Below are positions 22,787-31,306 of a stretch of DNA of 32,000 bases, piece after piece. The stretch lies in the NCBI GenBank assembly GCA_963662715.1, contig OY759724.1, positions 600,001 through 632,000 of the forward strand, written 5' to 3'. The stretch's first letter is position 1, and every line of letters begins with the position of its first letter. The DNA is from Candidatus Omnitrophota bacterium (GTDB taxonomy: Bacteria > Omnitrophota > Gorgyraeia > Zapsychrales > JANLHA01). Below the pieces are notes generated by a model. The model made no database searches and was not told where the DNA came from. It saw only the letters and a program-made list of their open reading frames with translations. Position numbers and translations under genes: made by a program.

Positions 22787-24619
22787 TTAATCTAAAATCT
22801 GCGAAATGTCTTCTTTTTGATATTTATCTTTATTCGGCTGCTCGTCTTTTCGCAAAAGAAAATGCCCCAGCACCAGATAATCCATGTTCGTGCACATAAA
22901 ACACCGGTAGGCATCCTGGGGGGTGCAGACAATCGGCTCTCCCCTGATGTTAAAAGACGTATTGATAATCACCGGGCATCCCGTCATATGCTCAAACGCC
23001 TTAATGATGTCATAGTAAAACGGATTTGTCTGAGACGAGACCGTTTGTATCCTGGCCGAATAATCCACATGGGTCACAGCCGGAATCACAGAGCGCAGGA
23101 CTTTCAGCTGCTCCATGCCTGATTGAGAACTGGTCCTGCTTTCCGGGCTGACCTTATCATCCTGCACAGGCGCCACCAGCAACATATAGGGACTTTCCTT
23201 TTCTATCTGAAAATAATCCCCCGCTTTTTCCTGCAGCACGCTGGGCGCAAAAGGACGGAACGACTCCCGGAATTTTATCTTCAAATTCAGCAGTTCCTGC
23301 ATTTGGGGAGACCGGGCATCGGCGATGATGCTGCGGGCGCCCAGGGCCCGCGGACCGAATTCCATGCGTCCGGAGAATAAGCCCACAATGTTCTGGTCCA
23401 CCATCAGAGAAGCAACCTCCTGCGCCAGCTGTTCCGGTTCAACATGGCGGTAAGGGGCCCCTTCGTGATCCAGAAATTCCTTAATGGTCTCATCCGGAAA
23501 GACCGGCCCCAGGAAGGACCCTTTTTGTCGATCATGTTTATCATCCGCCGAACGGGGGTTGTTCAGATACTGATGCCAAACCAGCAACGCTGCCCCCAGA
23601 GCCCCCCCGGCATCACCGGCGGCAGGCTGTATCCAGACCTCCTTGAAAGGCGTCTCCCGCAAAATCCTCCCGTTACCGACGCAGTTTAAGGCCACGCCTC
23701 CGGCCAAGCACAAATGATCACACTGAGTTTCCCGGTGGACATGGCAGGCCATTTTCAGCATAATCTCTTCCGTAACCACCTGTATCGACCTGGCGCAGTC
23801 CATTTCTCTTTGCGTGATTTCGCTCTCGGGTTTGCGCGGCGGCCCGCCGAAAAGGTTATGAAACTTGGCGTTGGTCATGGTCAAGCCGGCACAATAATTA
23901 AAATACCTCATGTTTAAGCGGAAAGACCCGTCCTCTTTGATATCCACAAGTTCCTCTTTAATGACATCCACATACCTCGGCCGGCCGTAAGGGGCCAGGC
24001 CCATGAGTTTGTATTCCCCGGAATTGACCCGGAATCCCGTATAGTAGGTAAAAGCGGAATAAAGCAGCCCCAGAGAATGCGGGAAGCGGATCTCCGCCAT
24101 AAGCCGCACCCGGTTGCCTTCCCCCTGCCCGTAACTCGCCGTGGCCCACTCGCCCACCCCGTCCATGGTTAAAACGGCCGCTTTATGATACGGCGACGGA
24201 AAAAAAGCCGCGGCCGCATGCGACTCATGATGTTCGGGGAAAATAATATCTCCGTCATAATGCAGTTCCTGCTGCAGGAAATCTTTCATGAATATTTTCT
24301 GCTTCAGCCACAAGGGCATGGCTTTTAAAAACGACCGGATGCCCAGAGGGGCATACGTGAGATAGGTCATTAATATCCGTTCAAATTTGATGAACGGTTT
24401 TTCATAGAAACCAACGTAGGACAGTTCCTGTGCTGTGATCCCCCCTTCCCGCAGGCAATAATCGACGGCCTGTGCCGGGAAGGAAAAATCATGCTTCTTG
24501 CGGGTAAAACGCTCTTCCTGCGCCGCGGCCAGTATCTCTCCGTTCTTCACCAGACAGGCGGCACTGTCATGGTAAAAGGCTGAAATTCCTAAAATAAATA
24601 TATCTTTCGCTTCTGACAT
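22787..24619 (-). CDS. NodU/CmcH-family carbamoyltransferase
   Basis: 610 aa. ILGISAFYHDSAACL, EERFTRKKHD, PEHHESHAAAAF, GLAPYG, LAGGVALNCV. Confidence 0.92.
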   Translation of the reverse strand: MSEAKDIFILGISAFYHDSAACLVKNGEILAAAQEERFTRKKHDFSFPAQAVDYCLREGGITAQELSYVGFYEKPFIKFERILMTYLTYAPLGIRSFLKAMPLWLKQKIFMKDFLQQELHYDGDIIFPEHHESHAAAAFFPSPYHKAAVLTMDGVGEWATASYGQGEGNRVRLMAEIRFPHSLGLLYSAFTYYTGFRVNSGEYKLMGLAPYGRPRYVDVIKEELVDIKEDGSFRLNMRYFNYCAGLTMTNAKFHNLFGGPPRKPESEITQREMDCARSIQVVTEEIMLKMACHVHRETQCDHLCLAGGVALNCVGNGRILRETPFKEVWIQPAAGDAGGALGAALLVWHQYLNNPRSADDKHDRQKGSFLGPVFPDETIKEFLDHEGAPYRHVEPEQLAQEVASLMVDQNIVGLFSGRMEFGPRALGARSIIADARSPQMQELLNLKIKFRESFRPFAPSVLQEKAGDYFQIEKESPYMLLVAPVQDDKVSPESRTSSQSGMEQLKVLRSVIPAVTHVDYSARIQTVSSQTNPFYYDIIKAFEHMTGCPVIINTSFNIRGEPIVCTPQDAYRCFMCTNMDYLVLGHFLLRKDEQPNKDKYQKEDISQILD

Positions 24620-24655
24620 AATACAGACTGAAGGTCAAGGAAGGCAAAAAGGACA

Positions 24656-26179
24656 TCAGATAGATTCGGCTGCCGTCATTGTCTTTAACACGGTTGTGGC
24701 CGGACAATCGAGATCTTCCAGCAAACGCCTTTTTAAAGGTGTGGCCAGCATCCGCAAAATATGCTCTTTCGTTTCTCTCCCGAACTTCTCCTCTATCATC
24801 CAGAGATATTCCGGCCGGCTGTGATACCGGGCAAAGGCTTCGTCCCGGAATTTCAATACTTCACGGGCCGGAATCGTCTTCGTCGGCATGGGATAACATT
24901 CATAACCGTACAGGGAATATCCTTTCCAGCTTTCCGGTTCCTCGATATAGTCATAAAGTTTTGTCCCCGGATACGGGAAGACCGGATACATATTCACCCA
25001 CTCAAAATTGTACTTCACTAAAAATTCATAGGTGCGCATCATGGAGTCCAGGTCTTCTTCCCAGAGTCCGAACATAACATCCGCGCAAATACTCACGCCT
25101 TCTTCCTGGGTCATCCGGATAACGTCATCGACATTGGGGTTCTTGCACCCTTTTTCGGCCTGCAGCAAAATTTCACTGGTGGCCGACTCAAACCCATAGG
25201 AAATCCAGTTCAGGCCCACTTTCTTAAGCCGGCGTAAAAGCCGGCGGCTGATCGTATCAACCCGGGAATAAGCCCACATATTCAGATCGTAATTTTTGGC
25301 CTCCAGCTTATCACAGAATTCTTCGATTCTTTTCGGGTTCACCACAAAAAGCTCATCCAGTATTTTAATATGCTTCACCTGATATTTTTCAACCAGGAGG
25401 CTGATTTCATTGACGACATTATCGACGCTGCGGAAACGCTGGATTCTTTTTCCAAACAGGTTGTTGATACAGCAAAAATTGCATTTAAACGGGCAGCCGA
25501 AACTCGTCCAGATAATGGCATACGGCGAACGGTTAAAGATATCGCCGAAACAATGCCAGTTATGCGCCCGGTACCGGGCGGGATTCATGTTTTTCCAATC
25601 TACCGTCGGCAAAACGTCCAGGTCTTTGACCAGCGGGGCATCTTGAGTCTGAATATAGATTTTTTCTCCGCCACAGTCCTCATAATAAGCCAGGCCGGCG
25701 ATATCCGCCAAAGAGCCGCCGCTGTACAGGACATGATACAGGTTCACGATGGTCTCATATCCTTCACCTCTGACAATAAAATCGGTACCGGTTTCTTTCA
25801 GCGAGCGCTCCGGGAGAACTGTGGGATGCGGCCCCCAGACAAAAGTCCGCACGTCTTTTACCTCATTTTTGCGGGCGCGATATTTCTCAAAGAACTGCAC
25901 GATACCTGCCATGGTCATCGTGGATGACGACGGGTTGGCCCCGGTGCAGATGACCCCGAACAAAAGGGGCTTTTCGCGGGCCACAATATCGATCAGGTCA
26001 TCCATCAAAACCATATCCACGTTGGATTCGATCATTTGGCAGTCAATATCTTTGGCCTTAACATAAGACGTCAATAACCCCATCTGGATATTCGGGGCCA
26101 CAGCGGAAAACTCATCAGCGGTCGATGAATAAAGCTGCTTTTTGCAGTTGACTGTTGCTAAAATAATCTTATCGCGCAT
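24656..26179 (-). CDS. B12-binding-domain radical SAM enzyme
   Basis: Track ORF trimmed to ATG 26179, 5 nt after GGGAG. N-terminal B12-binding-like fold (..VWGPHPT..VRGEGYE..). Radical SAM motif CPFKCNFC (CX3CX2C). Confidence 0.9.
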   Translation of the reverse strand: MRDKIILATVNCKKQLYSSTADEFSAVAPNIQMGLLTSYVKAKDIDCQMIESNVDMVLMDDLIDIVAREKPLLFGVICTGANPSSSTMTMAGIVQFFEKYRARKNEVKDVRTFVWGPHPTVLPERSLKETGTDFIVRGEGYETIVNLYHVLYSGGSLADIAGLAYYEDCGGEKIYIQTQDAPLVKDLDVLPTVDWKNMNPARYRAHNWHCFGDIFNRSPYAIIWTSFGCPFKCNFCCINNLFGKRIQRFRSVDNVVNEISLLVEKYQVKHIKILDELFVVNPKRIEEFCDKLEAKNYDLNMWAYSRVDTISRRLLRRLKKVGLNWISYGFESATSEILLQAEKGCKNPNVDDVIRMTQEEGVSICADVMFGLWEEDLDSMMRTYEFLVKYNFEWVNMYPVFPYPGTKLYDYIEEPESWKGYSLYGYECYPMPTKTIPAREVLKFRDEAFARYHSRPEYLWMIEEKFGRETKEHILRMLATPLKRRLLEDLDCPATTVLKTMTAAESI

Positions 26180-26210
26180 ATATTCTCCCGTTTTTTTGTT
26201 TTTATTATAC

Positions 26211-27758
26211 CTAAGAAATGCGACTTTCATTGCGATAAAATATTTTTTTTCGCAGGGTGCGTGCGGCCCTTAATTCCGGAGCGAAACGGTACCATTTGTG
26301 TCTGAGCCGGAATCTTTCAAAACGGCTGAAAGGATAAAACAAGGACCTGAGGAGCAGCCGCATCGCACTCTGACTTATGCCGCCGATCGCGTTTAAAGAA
26401 CTGTTCGCAAGAATGCTCATATACGTGATGTTGCCGATAATGTTCCGCTCCTGTTTGTTAAACCAGGGGATGATCCGGCCGCTGATATCATATTCATCGG
26501 AAAGCCAGTCAATCCAGCCCTCCAAATGATCGGGAGGCTGCAGCCCGTGCTGCAAAGCCAGAGAATACAGCGGGGTCTGCGGCAGAGCGGTGAACGTCCC
26601 GATGACTTCGAACTGTGCGCGGGGGTTGTCTTTTTTCAGGCGGACAAAAAGATCGATGGTCTGGTGAATATCCTCGAATGTTTCCGTCGGGAATCCTATG
26701 ATCAAAGCAAAAACCGGGACAATCCCGTGGGCTTTGGCTTTTAAATTGGCCCTCACGGTGTCCTCGACCCGGATGCCTTTCTTCATCAGTTTTAGCATGC
26801 GGTCCGACCCTGATTCCGCGCCGAACTTCAACGTGTCCGCCCCGCTCGCCTTATAGGAAAGAATTTCTTCGGTTGTCGCCCGGTTAAAAACATCGATCCT
26901 GGTGCCGGAGGAATACCACTTAAATTTTAAACCGCTCCGGATAATGCCCTGGCAGATCTGAAAAGCTCTTTGACGGTCGATATAAAATTCGTCATCCCTG
27001 ATCCAAATACTGTCCAAATTAAACCGCCGGACAGGCTCCAGGATCATCTTCAGGGATTTCTCCACGGACATCGCCCGCCATTTCCGCTGTCTTAACGTCG
27101 CGCTGGAACAAAAACCGCACTGATAAGGACAGCCGCGGGAGGTCTGCCCGATATCCATGCTCCGCGTCATTCCTTTCAAATAGAAGTCCCGGTGGATATA
27201 CTTTTCCACCTCCACCAGTTCCCAGGGAACCGGAAGAAGTTCTTCCACATCACATAAAGCCCGGCCCGGAGCGATAATTTTCCTGTCCCCGTCTTTATAG
27301 GCAATCCCCGCTATCCCTTCCAACGGACGTTTCCCGGAAAGCGCCTTGACGATTTCAGGAAACGTGATATCGCCCTCCCCCACACAAACAATGTCAACCA
27401 GGTCATGGTCCAGTGTCTGCTCCGGAAGACTCGACGGGTGGGCTCCGCCCCAAATAATAGGAACGGCCCCGTCCGTATGCTCCCGGATGACTCTGGCGGC
27501 CTGTAAGGCAAAATATATCTGCGTGCCGGTCATTGTCGAAATTCCGGCACAAACAGGTTTTTGCTTGAGAGCTTTGACGAGGCTTTCCCGCCAATCCTCT
27601 TCCACCCGCTGATCAATAACAGCAACTTTATAACCGGCTTTCAGCAAAGGGGCCGCCAGGGAGAGAACGGCATGAGGCGGGGCCACCGTGGCCCCTAAAT
27701 CGACCCCTGTCTTGGGATAAATGAGGATAACATCTGTATCGTTATAATATAAAGGCAT
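26211..27758 (-). CDS. B12-binding-domain radical SAM enzyme
   Basis: 515 aa. ..IIWGGAHPS..CVGEGDITF.. then CPYQCGFC (CX3CX2C). Confidence 0.9.
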   Translation of the reverse strand: MPLYYNDTDVILIYPKTGVDLGATVAPPHAVLSLAAPLLKAGYKVAVIDQRVEEDWRESLVKALKQKPVCAGISTMTGTQIYFALQAARVIREHTDGAVPIIWGGAHPSSLPEQTLDHDLVDIVCVGEGDITFPEIVKALSGKRPLEGIAGIAYKDGDRKIIAPGRALCDVEELLPVPWELVEVEKYIHRDFYLKGMTRSMDIGQTSRGCPYQCGFCSSATLRQRKWRAMSVEKSLKMILEPVRRFNLDSIWIRDDEFYIDRQRAFQICQGIIRSGLKFKWYSSGTRIDVFNRATTEEILSYKASGADTLKFGAESGSDRMLKLMKKGIRVEDTVRANLKAKAHGIVPVFALIIGFPTETFEDIHQTIDLFVRLKKDNPRAQFEVIGTFTALPQTPLYSLALQHGLQPPDHLEGWIDWLSDEYDISGRIIPWFNKQERNIIGNITYMSILANSSLNAIGGISQSAMRLLLRSLFYPFSRFERFRLRHKWYRFAPELRAARTLRKKIFYRNESRIS

Positions 27759-27763
27759 CTTTC

Positions 27764-28732
27764 CTATTTAACCGGATGCTCTTTATACCAAGCCATCGTT
27801 TTCAGAATACCGGTCTTAATCTCTGTCTGCGGTGCAAAATTTATAAGTTGAGCGGCCCTGGAAATATCCACCAGCCTGACGGGAATCATGGTGGGTTTGT
27901 CCGGATCAAAGACGATCCGGGCATTCTTGAATCCATCCACGTCACACATCATATGCAGCAACTCCTTAACGCTGTATCCCTGTCCGCAACCGACGTTCAT
28001 GGCGGAATAAGAATCAAGCCGTTCCATGGCCGTGAGCATCGCCGTCACAAAATCCTGGACATAAATGAGGTCACGGACATCGTCCCCGGTGCCCCAAACC
28101 TCGAGCGGGTCATGTCTTTCAACCACCCTCCGGACAAGAGCGGCAAAGACATGAGATGTTTCAAAATGGAAGTCATCATATTCCCCGTAAATATTGGTCG
28201 GCCGCAGAACCAGGGTCGTCATCGGAGGATGAACCTTTTCGGCGTACATCCGGCATAACACCTCGGTATATCTTTTCATCCATCCGACGGAAAAATATTT
28301 GTCATACGGGTCTCCCGTCAGCATTTCCTCCTCGCGGACCGGGCGGTCTCCGGTGGGAGGATATCCGGTGGAACTGCTGAGCCATAAAAATTTTTTGACC
28401 CGCGCTGTGTATGCCGCCTCCATCAGCTGGGCGTTCATGACAATGTTCGGGGTGACATGCACCAAAGGCGTCTTCTGAATAACCGCCGCACCCGAGGTGC
28501 TGGCCGCACAGTGAAACAGATAATCTATACCCTCGACAACTTTTCGGCAATCCTCATTTTGCGTCAAATCACAGGAGACATATTCGACACGGTCGTCCTC
28601 GATCACCGGCGGACGCAAATGCCGGGTTGCCCTGATCTGCGCCCCGGTTTCCAGCAGGCGCCGGATCAAATTCGCCCCGACAAATCCTGTTGCTCCGGTG
28701 ACTAAAATTTTCTTCTTATAGAAAAAAGACAT
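27764..28732 (-). CDS. extended-SDR NAD(P)-dependent sugar epimerase/reductase (GDP-fucose synthase/GME-like)
   Basis: GATGFVG Rossmann motif. PTNIYGEYDDFHFETSHVFAALV parallels E. coli Fcl [23 protein letters not shown] as I recall it. Confidence 0.85.
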   Translation of the reverse strand: MSFFYKKKILVTGATGFVGANLIRRLLETGAQIRATRHLRPPVIEDDRVEYVSCDLTQNEDCRKVVEGIDYLFHCAASTSGAAVIQKTPLVHVTPNIVMNAQLMEAAYTARVKKFLWLSSSTGYPPTGDRPVREEEMLTGDPYDKYFSVGWMKRYTEVLCRMYAEKVHPPMTTLVLRPTNIYGEYDDFHFETSHVFAALVRRVVERHDPLEVWGTGDDVRDLIYVQDFVTAMLTAMERLDSYSAMNVGCGQGYSVKELLHMMCDVDGFKNARIVFDPDKPTMIPVRLVDISRAAQLINFAPQTEIKTGILKTMAWYKEHPVK

Positions 28733-28733
28733 T

Positions 28734-29513
28734 TCACCTGTTTTTCCTGCAGAATTCTTTGATGATCATACACAACTCGCTGATCCCGTTTTTGATGGGA
28801 TGCATCTTGCGGACGCCCCCTATGCGCGGCGGTTCGTCCCCGGGAATCTCCCCGATTTTAAGCTTTCTGCGGGCAGCCCTGGCCAGAACCTGCGTGCCCC
28901 AGGAAACGACTTCCGCACTGATATCCAGCTGGGCGATGATCTTGCGGCGGTAAGCACGGTACATGACTAAGGAATCGGTAATCTTCAACCTGAACAGCAG
29001 ACTAATAATGCGTGTAAACATCCAGTTCCCGAAAGCCGTTACGATGTCGTCATCATAACTCTTGGCCCCGTCCAGGTACCGGGACACGATCACAATATCA
29101 TAACCTTCTTTCATTTTATGGATAAGGTCCGGGATTTTCTCCGGTATGGAGTTCCCGTCCGGGCTGAAAACAATGACGATATCGCTCGTGGCCCGTGACA
29201 CAGCTTCCATAAAGGCGGCGCCGGCGCCTTTCTTCTCCTGCACGAAAATATCATACCCGTGGGCCTCCGCGTATTCGATGGTCCCGTCGGTTGACCCTCC
29301 GTCAACGATCAGCAGCTGGTCACACCATTCCGGCTTGATCCGCGGCATAATCACTTTCATCCCGTCAATTTCGTTCAAGCTGAAAATGATCAATGTCGCG
29401 GTCAGCTTCTCTGTGTCCTGTCCGGATCCCTGCTGCTGTTTTTGTGCCGTTTCTTCTGCCTGCATGGCCGCCCCTGTTTTTCTCCCGCGGTTATAAAACA
29501 ATTCTTCCCGCAA
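28734..29513 (-). CDS. GT2 glycosyltransferase (polyprenyl-phosphate sugar synthase, DPM1/ArnC-like)
   Basis: LIIFSLNE, IVDGGSTDGT, VFSPDGN (DxD-like). Short soluble GT-A. The track start is TTG 29513; ATG 29465 is the more likely start. Confidence 0.85.
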   Translation of the reverse strand: MREELFYNRGRKTGAAMQAEETAQKQQQGSGQDTEKLTATLIIFSLNEIDGMKVIMPRIKPEWCDQLLIVDGGSTDGTIEYAEAHGYDIFVQEKKGAGAAFMEAVSRATSDIVIVFSPDGNSIPEKIPDLIHKMKEGYDIVIVSRYLDGAKSYDDDIVTAFGNWMFTRIISLLFRLKITDSLVMYRAYRRKIIAQLDISAEVVSWGTQVLARAARRKLKIGEIPGDEPPRIGGVRKMHPIKNGISELCMIIKEFCRKNR

Positions 29514-29537
29514 ACCCTTTCCGTAGGGATAAAATAT

Positions 29538-30323
29538 CTACAACATGCTTTGACTCTGCCCGCCGTCAACAGGAATAGACGTCCCGTTAAGCAGACTTGC
29601 CGGCTCTGAACAGACAAAAGCCACAACGCTGGCCACTTCTTCCGGTGTTCCGAAGCGGCCCAGCGGCAATTCCCTCTGCACAAACTCCTCAGTCTCCTGC
29701 CCCCGTTCCTTTTGCTGCTTGGCCCACCCTGTATCGGGAATCATAATGGCGCCGGGGGCAATGCTGTTAAAGGTGACGCCGTCCTGAACAAGATACCCGC
29801 TTTTCGCCATGGCTTTCATAAAACTCGTCTGGGCGCTCTTGGCCATACAAAACCACGGCCGGCCCCCGGATTCCCGGCCGTAAATAGAGGTGATCGTGAC
29901 CACCCGGCCCCATTTCTGCCCGCGCATATAAGGGATGGCCAGTTTCGTGAACCGGATCGCGGACAAAACATTTTTCTCATAGACTTCCATCCACACCTTT
30001 TCATCGGTATCTTCGTATATCTCTTTCCCCCAGCGGCCGCCGCCGCCGACATTATTGACTAAAATATGTATCGTCCCCCACCTCCGGATCACCGCATCCA
30101 TAACTTTGTAAACATCCGCTTCCGTTGTTACGTCGGCCTGCAGGGATAAAAAGTCGGCGCCCGTGTCCTGAAGTTCTTTCTTCATGGCAGACACCTTTTC
30201 CTCTGTCCGTGAACAAACAGCGACCCGGCAACCTTCACGCGCCAAGGAAAAAGCGATCGCGCGTCCTATCCCGTGCGTCCCGCCGGATATAAAAGCTACC
30301 TTATCTTTAAGCCCTAAGTCCAT
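29538..30323 (-). CDS. classical SDR-family oxidoreductase (FabG-like)
   Basis: ISGGTHGIGRAIA (TGxxxGxG) and LVNNVGG (NNAG). See the finding on the missing Tyr. Confidence 0.85.
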   Translation of the reverse strand: MDLGLKDKVAFISGGTHGIGRAIAFSLAREGCRVAVCSRTEEKVSAMKKELQDTGADFLSLQADVTTEADVYKVMDAVIRRWGTIHILVNNVGGGGRWGKEIYEDTDEKVWMEVYEKNVLSAIRFTKLAIPYMRGQKWGRVVTITSIYGRESGGRPWFCMAKSAQTSFMKAMAKSGYLVQDGVTFNSIAPGAIMIPDTGWAKQQKERGQETEEFVQRELPLGRFGTPEEVASVVAFVCSEPASLLNGTSIPVDGGQSQSML

Positions 30324-30331
30324 GGAGATTC

Positions 30332-31306
30332 CTATGCTGTTTCCCTGTTGTTCCTGACCCAGTTCAAAACCCGTTCAGCCACATGATCCGCATCCAACCG
30401 GTAATGACGATGAATGCTGTCCCTGCTGCTGGGTATTGTGCAATGGCTGTCCGGGCAGGCCAGTCTTTTCATCGGGACACCGCATCCCGCATCTGCCCTT
30501 ATTTCAGCTAAAGCTGTTCCCAGCCCGCCGATCAAAGAATTTTCTTCCAGGGTCACGATCCTTTCGGCCCGCAACATCATATCAATCAAATCCGGTTCAT
30601 TCAACGGTTTCACTTTGAAAACGTCGATAACCCTGACCGAAAGCCCTTCCCGGGCTAAAGATTCAGCCGCTTTAAGCGCTGTATGCACCATAAATCCGGT
30701 CGAAAAGATAACGACATCCTGCCCCTCACGGACTTCGGACCAGCCTTTCTGAAGGTCATGGTTCCGGTCGTCGTAAAGCAGCGGCAGCTTCCCTTTTTCT
30801 AACCGGATATACACCGGCCCGGGATGGTTGTACGCCCAGCGGACACTCGCCTCTGTTAAAACAGAATCCGTGGGATTAATGATTGTCATCCCGGGGAGCG
30901 TCCGCATGACGGCGATATCATGCAGGGCATGATGGGTCGGCCCGTCGCCCCCGTACATAACGCCGGCACCTATGCCTATAATTGTCACCGGAAGGTTCAT
31001 CCCGGATAAATCCACTTTGATCTGTTCGTAACATCTTAGGGTGACAAAAGGCACAATACTGTAAATAAAAACATTCTTTCCGCCCAAGGCTAAACCGGCC
31101 GCCACACTCACCATATTCTGTTCGGCCACGCCGACATTGATATACTGCTCCGGAAGATTCTGTTTAAACCGTTCCAGACTAAAAGCGCCCATATCCGCGG
31201 TCATAAAAATAACATTCCTGTCCACCCGGGCCATCCGGAACAATTCGTCAAAGAAAGCGTCCCGGGTGTCTACGTCGGATATTTTCATACATTCAGTTCC
31301 GTTCAC
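30332..31306 (-). CDS. transketolase, C-terminal (Pyr + TKC) subunit
   Basis: TRDAFFDEL.., GVAEQNMVSVAAGLALGG, GPTHHALHDIAVMR. The track start is GTG 31306 (overlapping the upstream gene); ATG 31288 is an alternative. Confidence 0.9.
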   Translation of the reverse strand: MNGTECMKISDVDTRDAFFDELFRMARVDRNVIFMTADMGAFSLERFKQNLPEQYINVGVAEQNMVSVAAGLALGGKNVFIYSIVPFVTLRCYEQIKVDLSGMNLPVTIIGIGAGVMYGGDGPTHHALHDIAVMRTLPGMTIINPTDSVLTEASVRWAYNHPGPVYIRLEKGKLPLLYDDRNHDLQKGWSEVREGQDVVIFSTGFMVHTALKAAESLAREGLSVRVIDVFKVKPLNEPDLIDMMLRAERIVTLEENSLIGGLGTALAEIRADAGCGVPMKRLACPDSHCTIPSSRDSIHRHYRLDADHVAERVLNWVRNNRETA

